A stretch of 64,000 bases of DNA from NCBI GenBank assembly GCA_963803805.1, contig CAWDOD010000006.1, forward strand, positions 32,001 through 96,000, read 5' to 3'. Shown here one piece after another: positions 54,303-64,000 of the stretch; position 1 is the first letter of the stretch; every line of letters starts with the position of its first letter. The stretch is from an uncultured cyanobacterium. Lineage in GTDB: Bacteria; Cyanobacteriota; Cyanobacteriia; Cyanobacteriales; CAWCAG01. A program made the position numbers and the translations under genes. The notes under the pieces were generated by a model that saw nothing but the letters and a program-made list of their open reading frames with translations, was not told the origin of the DNA and ran no database searches.

Positions 54303-55196
54303 ATGTCAAACTCCAACCAAAACACTATCCTGGGTAAATTCGCTAGCGTTGTTGCTCTTTTAGGTAGCGCTCTTTATTTTACAGGCTGGATTTATCGTTG
54401 GTCTTATTTTGGCTTTTTTCAACTGGAAGTTACTACCCTCAATTTTCCCTTTGAGTCGTTTCTCTTTGTTCCTCTCCAGGTGTTTTTAGGTAGCTTTGCA
54501 CTCAATAACCTGGGCAAAGCGATTCTGCAAACTCTCTTTACTATTGCAGTTACTTTAATAATCATTCAAATCACCGTCAGCATTCTGCAACTAATCAGCT
54601 TAACCATTACCGCTACCCTCAACTGGTTAACTCAAAAGTTAAGAAAAAGGCTGCAAACTTGGCGCAATAAAAAACCCTTTACCCACAAAACTCGTTCCTT
54701 AATCAACTCAGTTTTAATCAGACTAAATCGCCACCGCTTCACTCCCCTAAAAATTCGCCACACTCTCCTTTATGAACTAATCATTGTCCTCCACATCATC
54801 ATCGCCCTCTTTTTCCTCGCCAGATACCAAGGCATAGTCGATGCCAGACAAGACGCAGGTATAAACTCTAGCCTTTCTGTTGTCACCTTAGTTATTCCAG
54901 AAAATAAACTAGGTTTTGGACAAAAACAAAACAGTTTGGATCAACCTACGGGGTTGCAAATAATTGGCGATCGCCGACGTTACGAAGATATCATTAAAAG
55001 CCCCACCAATGATCCCAATAATCAAAGGGTGTGGCGCATTGTCATTGATCAAGGAGGTTACTTTTACATTTTCAGAAGCCTACCACCTAATTCTCCTCCC
55101 GAAGCACGTCCGGTAATTTTAGCAGTACAAGGCAGTCTCACTGGCGATCAATTATGGATTTTCAGCCCTGAAGCAATTCCTAGTCAGGGCAGTTAG
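54303..55196 (+). CDS. Hypothetical membrane protein
   Basis: Three to four TM segments; LYFTGWIYRWSYFGFF; ATG at 54303 preferred. Confidence 0.78.
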   Translation: MSNSNQNTILGKFASVVALLGSALYFTGWIYRWSYFGFFQLEVTTLNFPFESFLFVPLQVFLGSFALNNLGKAILQTLFTIAVTLIIIQITVSILQLISLTITATLNWLTQKLRKRLQTWRNKKPFTHKTRSLINSVLIRLNRHRFTPLKIRHTLLYELIIVLHIIIALFFLARYQGIVDARQDAGINSSLSVVTLVIPENKLGFGQKQNSLDQPTGLQIIGDRRRYEDIIKSPTNDPNNQRVWRIVIDQGGYFYIFRSLPPNSPPEARPVILAVQGSLTGDQLWIFSPEAIPSQGS

Positions 55197-55987
55197 GGGG
55201 ATAATATCAATTCTCCTCGCAAAACTGTCACGGCTTGCCCACTTAAAAAGACGCGATCGCCCCCGTCGTAATTTACTTTAACTGTGCCACCTCGTTGAGA
55301 TGCTTGATAAGCTAAAAATTCGTCTTTTAAAAGGCGATCGCGCCAAAAAGGAGCTAAGCAACAATGGGCGGCTCCCGTCACCGGATCTTCGTTAATGCCT
55401 AATCCTGGGGCAAAGAAGCGGGAAACAAAGTCATATTCTGAACCGGCGCTGGTAACAATGATTTGCCCGAAAGAAAGCTTCTTTAATAGGGAAAAATCCG
55501 GTTGCATTTGCTTTACTAATTCTGCTGATTCTACTTCCACTAAATAACCCAAAGAATTTTGCCAAACTGATTTGCAAGGTACTCCTAAAGCTTGAGATAA
55601 TTCGGGAGGTGTAGGAATACTTTGAGAAGGATTTGCAGGAAAGTTTAATTCAAGCCAATCACCCTGCCGACGCGCAGTTAAGTCCCCACTTTTAGTATAA
55701 AAATAAGCTACTTCTTCTAGGGGTAAATGTCCTTCTGTCCAGAGGACATGGGCGCTAGCCAAAGTAGCATGACCACACAAAGGAACTTCCACCGTTGGGG
55801 TAAACCAACGCAGATTATAACCTTTATTTTGGGGTAGTAAAAATGCGGTTTCCGACAGGTTCATTTCCTGGGCCACTTGTTGCATCCACCCTTGCTCTTT
55901 GGCACTAGCTAAAACACACACAGCCGCAGGATTGCCAGCAAAAGGCTGATTGGTAAAAGCATCCACTTGAATAATAGTTTGTTTCAA
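55193..55987 (-). CDS. PhzF family isomerase
   Basis: VDAF...GNPAAV, NLSETAF, LCGHATLA and EDPVTGAAH motifs. Confidence 0.94.
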   Translation of the reverse strand: MKQTIIQVDAFTNQPFAGNPAAVCVLASAKEQGWMQQVAQEMNLSETAFLLPQNKGYNLRWFTPTVEVPLCGHATLASAHVLWTEGHLPLEEVAYFYTKSGDLTARRQGDWLELNFPANPSQSIPTPPELSQALGVPCKSVWQNSLGYLVEVESAELVKQMQPDFSLLKKLSFGQIIVTSAGSEYDFVSRFFAPGLGINEDPVTGAAHCCLAPFWRDRLLKDEFLAYQASQRGGTVKVNYDGGDRVFLSGQAVTVLRGELILSP

Positions 55988-56020
55988 AATATTTCCCTAA
56001 TTTAAGCAAATTGCAGGAGA

Positions 56021-56755
56021 TCAGTATCTGCGAGATAGTAATGTAGATAAACGATAAATATGAGGTCTAATAGGACGAGAAACAAAAGCAGGTAATTGCC
56101 CCCAAGGAGCATCTGAATTCCATTTTAAGTAAGCATAATTAACCCATTTACCTTGTACTCTCCAACCGACGTGATCGCTAAATTTTTCGTAATCTTCTCC
56201 TACCTGTTCATAAATTTGCTTTTGCACCCCAAAGCCAAAGCGCCCTTGACTATATTTACTCCAAAGTTGGTTGATATTAAGCAAGTCACGCCAAGGTATA
56301 TTGTTGATATCTTCATCATTAAGCCAGGCTTTTTCTGCTTGTCCCGCAGCTTGAATCATAATTTTACTTGTTTCTTTGTCTGCTTCTTGCCACCTTTCTT
56401 GAGAGAGAAAATCAGACAAATTTCTATAATTTGCCCCTGTTTGGGAATGTAGAAATATTAAATGTTTTTGTAATTGTTGCTTTTCTTCTTCCTTAACTCT
56501 AGAAGCTAGCAATTCATAGGCCCTCCATTGTACTAGTCCAATTTCCATCTTCAGTACATATAGAAGCAGTTCCAAACCCTCCTGTCCATATTCGAGAGCC
56601 TCATTCAGGGCGATTATCCTCTTCTGTTCAGAATTGCTAGCTAATTTTTGTTTAACCCCTTCTAAGCCCCCTAAAATTGCATCATTCATTCCTGATAAAT
56701 GTTTTCCTCCCAAAACTGCGTCATCGGCTTGAGGATATTTAGGGTTGTGGTTCAT
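56021..56755 (-). CDS. GUN4-domain protein with N-terminal VLGG/HEAT-like module
   Basis: WQEADKET, LWSKYSQGRFGFGVQKQIY, VGWR and APWGQLP motifs. Confidence 0.9.
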   Translation of the reverse strand: MNHNPKYPQADDAVLGGKHLSGMNDAILGGLEGVKQKLASNSEQKRIIALNEALEYGQEGLELLLYVLKMEIGLVQWRAYELLASRVKEEEKQQLQKHLIFLHSQTGANYRNLSDFLSQERWQEADKETSKIMIQAAGQAEKAWLNDEDINNIPWRDLLNINQLWSKYSQGRFGFGVQKQIYEQVGEDYEKFSDHVGWRVQGKWVNYAYLKWNSDAPWGQLPAFVSRPIRPHIYRLSTLLSRRY

Positions 56756-56784
56756 CGTAGGAAAAATGGTAATGAGCTAGTACT

Positions 56785-56815
56785 CTGTCAATTAAAAATT
56801 GACAGGTAAGGGGGA
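56785..56815 (+). repeat. Dispersed hairpin repeat (copy 2 of the 7533 family)
   Basis: CTGTCAATTAAAAATTGACAGGTAAGGGGG. Confidence 0.75.
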
Positions 56816-56980
56816 AAGGACAATCTTTAACGGTAAAAACCATTCCTCAATATAAACTGGACGTAGCACTAGGAACAGAGTTAATAAATCCTGGAGCTTA
56901 TAATTATCGTTAAATCGTCCAAGAACAACCATCTGCCTAATTGTATAAAGAAATAGACTTGACGAATTTGCAGTAATAGG

Positions 56981-58612
56981 TTGAAAAAGATTTTTGCTTT
57001 TACTGTTCAAAGTTCCCTAACTTGCCAAAAAATAGAAAAACTCACCTTTAATATCAGAACTCAACCTCCATCTTTAGGTATAGTAGATGGCAAGTCTATA
57101 TACGACCCTAACTCCATTAATTATGCGCGTACTCGCGTTTATGGATTTTCTCAAGCATTCCGCTACGCTATATACAAAATGAGTAAGTTCAAAAATCCCA
57201 AAGAAGAGTTTGTTTATCATGGGCAACCGGGTAAAGATTTACCCCGTTTTGACTTTAATAAGAAGTTGCCTAAACGGGTAGATGTAACCGAAAAATATAA
57301 AGCCCAGGTAGGTTTAAATCTTCTCCCTGCTATGACACTTTTCGATGTAAGTGAAAAATATAAGGCAGAGGTGGGTTTAAACTTTCTCCCTGCTCTGAAA
57401 TTTCTCAAATTTATTCCCCTGTTAGGAATTGTGGGTAGCGAGAAAATGATGGGGGCAAAAGCACCCCAATGGATGCCTACAAATTTAACTCGCTGTCGTT
57501 TAGATCGAGATAGTGATGAATTTTTTGTTGAACGCCGCCTTAATGGTTTTAACCCCGGCAAAATTAATGTGGAGAAGGATGTCAGCAAAGAGTGGCAATA
57601 TTACGTTAGGTACGACTGTAGCAAGTATGAAGTTGAAGAGGCGGGAGTTTTACCCCAGGTAACAGAAGCCCGCTTTCGGTTAATAGATGAAGAGTTAAAA
57701 GTTCACTCCATTGAATACACTTTGCGAAAGGAAACGAAGACAGTTTTCCCCGGAGAAAAAGATTGGAGTTTTGTCAAACGCCTTTTCCGTAGTGCAGAGT
57801 TTGTTTTTCAAGAAATTCAATCCCATTTAGGGCGTACCCATATGAATATGGATCAGTACGCTATGGCTTTTTATCGCAACATTATTAATAATCCGATCAA
57901 GTCCCTTTTAGAGCCTCATTTTGAAGGTTTAATTGACATTGATAAAAATGGTGCAACTTCAATTCTTGGTTATGAAGGGTTTATTCCGCAAGTTTCTGTT
58001 CTTACTAGTGATGATGTGGATCGTCTCTTAATTGAAGAGGTGAGTCAGCTACATTATAAATGGACACCGGAAGTTATTGAACTTCCAGATTACATCAAGA
58101 ACAACTATTTCGATCCTGCTGCTAAGGCGATGTGGAGCATTATTGAAGAGTATGTAGGAGAGTTTTTCGGTCAAAATGAACAGGCCATTAACCATTATTG
58201 GTCAGAAATTGTAGGAATGTCTGATGACTTAGTTAAGCATTCTATCCTCAAATCCACCTTAGAAACCTTGGCAGTGGAAAATATAGCTGAACTTAAGCAA
58301 TTATGTGTTTACGTCATTTACCACAATACCTTTGTCCATTCCTGGGTTAACAACAAACAATACGATGATGGCGGAGATGTAGAGTATACACCTTTCGGTT
58401 TGTGGGATGAAAGTCATCCTAGCTATGATGTCAAAACTGAAGCAAAAAGACAGGCAAAACAAACTATCTTGATGTGGACTCTTTCTAATGTCCGTTACAA
58501 CCCGATAATGGATGTGGGACCAGGAAATTTAAAAGAATTACTTTGGCAACACCGTCAAGAAATTGAACCAGGTATTGCCCTTGCTGATTTGATGATGAGT
58601 ATTCATATTTAG
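56981..58612 (+). CDS. Lipoxygenase family protein (short, catalytic-domain type); start uncertain between 56981 and 57179
   Basis: RRLNGFNP, QEIQSHLGRTH, LLEPHF, HSWVNNKQYD motifs and a C-terminal Ile (MSIHI). Confidence 0.88.
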   Translation: MKKIFAFTVQSSLTCQKIEKLTFNIRTQPPSLGIVDGKSIYDPNSINYARTRVYGFSQAFRYAIYKMSKFKNPKEEFVYHGQPGKDLPRFDFNKKLPKRVDVTEKYKAQVGLNLLPAMTLFDVSEKYKAEVGLNFLPALKFLKFIPLLGIVGSEKMMGAKAPQWMPTNLTRCRLDRDSDEFFVERRLNGFNPGKINVEKDVSKEWQYYVRYDCSKYEVEEAGVLPQVTEARFRLIDEELKVHSIEYTLRKETKTVFPGEKDWSFVKRLFRSAEFVFQEIQSHLGRTHMNMDQYAMAFYRNIINNPIKSLLEPHFEGLIDIDKNGATSILGYEGFIPQVSVLTSDDVDRLLIEEVSQLHYKWTPEVIELPDYIKNNYFDPAAKAMWSIIEEYVGEFFGQNEQAINHYWSEIVGMSDDLVKHSILKSTLETLAVENIAELKQLCVYVIYHNTFVHSWVNNKQYDDGGDVEYTPFGLWDESHPSYDVKTEAKRQAKQTILMWTLSNVRYNPIMDVGPGNLKELLWQHRQEIEPGIALADLMMSIHI

Positions 58613-58670
58613 TAATGGTTTCAAGTTAATCTACTCACTGGTTGACAAATAGACCAACTAGCTACCTAGC

Positions 58671-59621
58671 TTAAATAATTTTAAAAGTTGTACCAATAAA
58701 CCAAGCATAAATAATTAAAAATAACCATCCTTCCCAAATAGTTAACTGCTTGTCTTGAGTAGCAAAAAATATTAATAAAGTACCGGCTAATAAAGCAGGA
58801 ATGCCTCCTGTTAAAACTGTTGTAGGAATTTCTAAATCTCCGACTAACCTAGGTATGCCCATAACCATAAAAGCATTGAAGATATTAGAGCCTAAAACGT
58901 TTCCTACAGCTACTTCTTCTTGGCCTTTTTTAGCAGCATTAATTGTCACAACCAACTCAGGCAAAGATGTACCTAAAGCAACAGCACTTACAGCAATAAT
59001 TTCTTTACCAATACCGATGATTTCAGAAATTTTGACTAAAGAATCAATGGTGTATTTAGCTCCCAAATAAATAAATATTACGCTTAAAGTAATGATTAAA
59101 AGTTGCCTTAATACATAACTAGAGCTTTCCCTAGGTGTTACCGATTCTTCTTGTTCAGTTTCTTCACTATCTCTTACGGTATAAAATAAATACATAATAT
59201 AAGCGATAATAAAAATTATTGCTTCTCCTGAAGAGAATTTTTGATCCCAAACCGCTAGAACCAAGAGAAATGCAGAGCCAACAAATAAAGGTAAATCTAC
59301 ACTAACTAAATCATAGGTAATACTAAGACCTTTACTGCCGACAATACAAGCTACACCAATAATCAAAAAGATATTAGCAATATTAGAGCCAACAACATTC
59401 GCTACGACTATTTCTGAAGAGCCTTCTGTGACTGCAATAATAGAAGAGATTAGTTCCGGTAAAGATGTACCAATAGAAACGATTGTCACCCCAATAATAA
59501 AAGGTGGCAAACCAATATATAGACCAACTTTTTCTGCGGAATCAGTGAAAAAGTCAGAAGCTTTAACTAAAACCAATAAGCTAGCAACAAAAATCAAAGA
59601 AGAAATGAACAATTCCGACAT
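58671..59621 (-). CDS. Ca2+/Na+ antiporter (CaCA, YrbG-like)
   Basis: Two alpha repeats GTSLPEL with GSNIAN and GSNIFN. Confidence 0.93.
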   Translation of the reverse strand: MSELFISSLIFVASLLVLVKASDFFTDSAEKVGLYIGLPPFIIGVTIVSIGTSLPELISSIIAVTEGSSEIVVANVVGSNIANIFLIIGVACIVGSKGLSITYDLVSVDLPLFVGSAFLLVLAVWDQKFSSGEAIIFIIAYIMYLFYTVRDSEETEQEESVTPRESSSYVLRQLLIITLSVIFIYLGAKYTIDSLVKISEIIGIGKEIIAVSAVALGTSLPELVVTINAAKKGQEEVAVGNVLGSNIFNAFMVMGIPRLVGDLEIPTTVLTGGIPALLAGTLLIFFATQDKQLTIWEGWLFLIIYAWFIGTTFKII

Positions 59622-59704
59622 CTGTTATAAAACACCATAATCAATTATTAAATAATATATTTAAAGTTAAAGGTTATTCAAGATATTAATTTTTACCTCT
59701 TATC

Positions 59705-60781
59705 TTAAATATGCTTAGGCAATCTTGGCCAAGCAGAATTAATGGGATCGAGAATACTATTGAGGGTTCTTAGTTGTTCAGCAGTTCCCAGACAAATGAG
59801 TAAATCTCCTGACAGTAAATAAGTATCTCCTGTAGGACCAACAATTAAAATTCCATCAGTTCGCCGAATTGCTAATATTAAAGCACCGGACTTTTTTCTT
59901 AATTTGGCTTGACTTAAAGTTTGATCTATATAAGGACAAGTCTCTGAATCTAGACGCAATTCTTCCATATAAAAAGACTTATCAGAACCAGCTAAAATAC
60001 CATCAACAAAGTCCATCACTTGGGGACGTAAAGCGGCTGCGGCTAAACGTCTTCCTCCGGTAATATGGGGAGAAACAACTCCATCTGCCCCCGCCCTTTG
60101 CAACTTTTGTTCCGCTTCTTCAGTGCTAGCACGGGCGATCGCCCGAATATCAGGATTAAAAGTTTTGGCAGAAAGTACTGTGTAGAGATTTTCTGCATCG
60201 GAAGGAAGTACTGTGACAAGACAAAGGGCTTTGTCGATATTAGCTTTCTGTAATGATTCATCTAGGGTTGCATCACCATGAACAGCTATGCAACCCAATT
60301 GTTGAGCTTGTTCTATTTTATCAAGACGAGAATCAATAACAATAAAAGGTATACCTTCAGCTTGAAATTCTAAAGCAACCTGTTTTCCTGTCCTACCAAA
60401 ACCGCAGACTATATAATGCTTTTTTAAAGAGTCTATCAAGAGCTTTTGCTGTCTCATTTTGATTCCTTCTTGAAAGTAGCCTTGAATAAGTGCTTCTGTA
60501 AATCGATTAGCAATGTAGCCGAAGCTAAATAAACCCATGAAAATCAAGCAAATAGTAAAAATGCGAGTTCTATTTTCTAAAGGATGTACTTCTGCAAAGC
60601 CTACAGTAGAAAGAGTAATTGCTGTCATGTAAACAGCTTCAATAAATTCCCACCCTTCAACTAACCAATACCAGAGAGTGCCAACTAAGAAAACACCCGT
60701 TAGGGCAGCGATACCGAAAATCATCTCCTGTTGTAGGCGTTTATATTTTTGTCTGAAGGAAAATACAGGAGGTTGGTTCAT
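59705..60781 (-). CDS. 2-TM potassium channel with RCK (TrkA-N/TrkA-C) domains
   Basis: Pore segment TLSTVGFAE; CGFGRTG, GDAT and SDAENL motifs. Confidence 0.9.
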   Translation of the reverse strand: MNQPPVFSFRQKYKRLQQEMIFGIAALTGVFLVGTLWYWLVEGWEFIEAVYMTAITLSTVGFAEVHPLENRTRIFTICLIFMGLFSFGYIANRFTEALIQGYFQEGIKMRQQKLLIDSLKKHYIVCGFGRTGKQVALEFQAEGIPFIVIDSRLDKIEQAQQLGCIAVHGDATLDESLQKANIDKALCLVTVLPSDAENLYTVLSAKTFNPDIRAIARASTEEAEQKLQRAGADGVVSPHITGGRRLAAAALRPQVMDFVDGILAGSDKSFYMEELRLDSETCPYIDQTLSQAKLRKKSGALILAIRRTDGILIVGPTGDTYLLSGDLLICLGTAEQLRTLNSILDPINSAWPRLPKHI

Positions 60782-60850
60782 TGAGAGAATTACAGATGGT
60801 TTTTGCTCAATATAGCTTGGGCAGAGAAAAATTTGCTGCACAATTATACT

Positions 60851-60887
60851 TTTTAGCTACCTGAACTAAATGTTCAGGTAGCTAAAA
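60851..60887. terminator. Perfect 16-bp inverted repeat downstream of gap1
   Basis: TTTTAGCTACCTGAAC-TAAAT-GTTCAGGTAGCTAAAA. Confidence 0.6.
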
Positions 60888-60957
60888 TTTCGCCCAAGAT
60901 TAATTGCAAAAACAATTAATACATTTAGATTTAAGTGAGGGATAATTCCTCGCCTTT

Positions 60958-60989
60958 ATCCCCTTCACCCGTCAACTTTTAATTGACAA
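60958..60989 (-). repeat. Dispersed hairpin repeat (copy 3 of the 7533 family)
   Basis: Minus strand reads TGTCAATTAAAAGTTGACGGGTGAAGGGG. Confidence 0.75.
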
Positions 60990-60993
60990 AACA

Positions 60994-62043
<1,050 letters not shown>

Positions 62044-62212
62044 TCATTTCTTCCAATTAGATTAGAGGCATCTAAGGGAATGCCCCCCTATCTCTAGAGT
62101 TTCTTTAACTTCTTCATGTTAAATGCGTAGCAACTTTATTCCCTAGAAAAATAAATAAGCGATCGCCTTTTTCAAGCTGGTTGGTAAAATATCCTCACAA
62201 AGTATAAGATTT

Positions 62213-62240
62213 TAGCAACTAGCAACTAGCAACTAGCAAA
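62213..62240. repeat. Heptamer tandem repeat (TAGCAAC) x4
   Basis: Read directly from the sequence. Confidence 0.85.
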
Positions 62241-62242
62241 AC

Positions 62243-63958
62243 CTAAAGCAAAAAAGTTGCCATATTGCCCTTCCCTTTAACCCGAATAATTCCCCTAGCT
62301 TCAAGGCGATACTTATTCTTCAACTGTTCGTAGGTAGCCTTAGAAAGATGAATACGTCCGGGGATGCCGTGGGACTCCATGCGACTGGCGGTGTTTACTG
62401 TATCTCCCCAGAGATCGTAAACAAACTTCTTCAAACCAATCACTCCAGCAACAACAGAACCAGTGTTAAGACCAATCCGTATGGCAAACTCTTGATCCTG
62501 TTCAAAATTAAACTTCTCAATTTCTGTTAACATCTCCAACGCCATTTCTGCTACTGCTTCTGCATGATCGGGGCGTTCTATGGGTAAGCCCCCAACTACC
62601 ATATAACAATCGCCAATAGTCTTAATTTTTTCTAAACCGTGCTTTTCTAATAAACGATCAAAGCGAGAAAAAATGTCATTGAGGAGACGAACTAATTTAG
62701 CAGGAGGCATTTGTTCAGAAAGAGTTGTAAAACCGACTATATCAGCAAACATTACCGTCACTTCAGCAAAATTATCGGCAATAGTCCCTTCTTTTTCTTT
62801 TAATCTTTCTGCGATAGGTTCAGGAAGAATATTAAGGAGTAAAGCCTCAGTTTTATCTCTTTCTACAGCTAGTTCTTTATTACTGGTTTCTAATTTTTGT
62901 ACCATACTATTAATGGTAGTAGCAAGGCTAGTTAATTCATCTTCACCAAGAGCTTTTACTCGCAAAGAAAGGTCGCCGGTACTACCAATTTTCTGAACAT
63001 CTTTACTTAAGTTAGCTAGGCGAGAGAGGACAAGCTTTTCTAACAAAAACAAACTTCCTGCTCCAAAAACCAAACTGACCAAAAGAAGAGAAATCATTAA
63101 GTAGCCAAAACTATTCAGACCTTGCTGATAAATTTCTCTTGGTAATTCAACTTGTAATAATATTTTCGGCTGACCCGAAATATCTGGTAGTAAAGCATAG
63201 CCAAAAATAGTTTTTTTGTTGAGAGGTTCTACTAAAATTGGCGCTTCTAAGATATTGCCAGAAAATTCTTCTTCTGTTGGTTTTAGTTGGGCGGCTACTT
63301 CTTTTAATTGCTTATTAATTTGAGGGCTATCTAATTTGTGTAAACTTAGGGATAGTTGAGTTTGTTGTTCTAGGGATTTGATTGTACTTTCATTTAAGTA
63401 CTGACCCATAATTAAGCTGCCGCGAATAGGACCTTTATTTTCACTAGTAACAATGGGGTGAGAAGCAATTAAAAGTAGACCTTCTTCGAGAACAATAATT
63501 CCTTTGCTAATGTCGTGAGTATCAACGTGTTGCAATAAGATACTATTAGCAGTAAGCTTGTTTCTCAAACTAGTAGGAATTCCTGTATACTGCTCTTGAG
63601 CAAGGTTGAAACCTTGACCATAAATCTGTTGAATATTCCTATTAAATAAAATTAAATAATTAATTTGTAAATTGGAGAAAGTTGTCTGGGTTAAGTTGCC
63701 TTGGACAAACCTTTCATTTCTATCCTCAATAAATTCATAGGTATCATTCCAAGCTGCCCAATCTTCTGTTAAGTTACCTAATTCTTGGGTCTTATCATAT
63801 AGTGCTTCTTTGACTCTTTGAACATTGCGACGGGTATTTTTCTCTTCTAGCCTTATGAAACTGTTTAGTAAAATAGTCGAAAGGCTAGCAGATAAAACAG
63901 CCATCAAGCTAATTAAGATAATGCTAGTAAGCAGTAGGGTTTTCTGACGAAGACTCAT
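62243..63958 (-). CDS. Membrane adenylate cyclase (CHASE4-HAMP-cyclase)
   Basis: TM, DWAAWNDTYEF (CHASE4), TM, DELTSL (HAMP), KIKTIGDCYM and YDLWGDTVN. Confidence 0.93.
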   Translation of the reverse strand: MSLRQKTLLLTSIILISLMAVLSASLSTILLNSFIRLEEKNTRRNVQRVKEALYDKTQELGNLTEDWAAWNDTYEFIEDRNERFVQGNLTQTTFSNLQINYLILFNRNIQQIYGQGFNLAQEQYTGIPTSLRNKLTANSILLQHVDTHDISKGIIVLEEGLLLIASHPIVTSENKGPIRGSLIMGQYLNESTIKSLEQQTQLSLSLHKLDSPQINKQLKEVAAQLKPTEEEFSGNILEAPILVEPLNKKTIFGYALLPDISGQPKILLQVELPREIYQQGLNSFGYLMISLLLVSLVFGAGSLFLLEKLVLSRLANLSKDVQKIGSTGDLSLRVKALGEDELTSLATTINSMVQKLETSNKELAVERDKTEALLLNILPEPIAERLKEKEGTIADNFAEVTVMFADIVGFTTLSEQMPPAKLVRLLNDIFSRFDRLLEKHGLEKIKTIGDCYMVVGGLPIERPDHAEAVAEMALEMLTEIEKFNFEQDQEFAIRIGLNTGSVVAGVIGLKKFVYDLWGDTVNTASRMESHGIPGRIHLSKATYEQLKNKYRLEARGIIRVKGKGNMATFLL

Positions 63959-63967
63959 TAGAAAATC

Positions 63968-64000
63968 AAGTAATAAGTAATAAGTAATAAGTATTAAGTA
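63968..64000. repeat. Heptamer tandem repeat (AAGTAAT), truncated by the window end
   Basis: Read directly from the sequence. Confidence 0.8.

Noticed and set aside
56021-56755. GUN4 protein as a diversity-generating retroelement target
   Set aside because: No reverse transcriptase and no adenine-mismatched template repeat are visible in the window

Overview
Chromosomal window from a cyanobacterium: about 35 HIP1 GCGATCGC sites by eye, plus isiA, opcA, fed2, Tab2 and GUN4 genes. The content is mostly housekeeping. It holds the fbp-tal-zwf-opcA operon, ugd/uxs, accC, murF, ispG, ctaCDE with divergent ctaAB, isiA, panD, gap1, two class III adenylate cyclases and several transporters or channels. 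Accessory genes include an Ntn acylase, a collapsed GmrSD-type pseudogene, a divergent EF-G paralogue, a PEP-CTERM protein, Uma2 and a short lipoxygenase. I found no rRNA, tRNA, CRISPR array or intact transposase. Main observations: (1) four single-base frameshifts in conserved genes (opcA, chorismate lyase, ctaD, ctaE) all fall on GGCC sites, which suggests methylation-linked base-calling error rather than gene decay; (2) an uncharacterised, internally duplicated helical protein is preceded by a hierarchical 7/21/42-bp repeat array and a REP-like palindrome, the best candidate for an undescribed module; (3) three families of dispersed intergenic palindromic repeats; (4) an unnamed N-terminal module shared by a WD40 protein and a GUN4 protein; (5) a CLC protein lacking the gating glutamate. 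All annotations come from motif recognition only; no searches were run.
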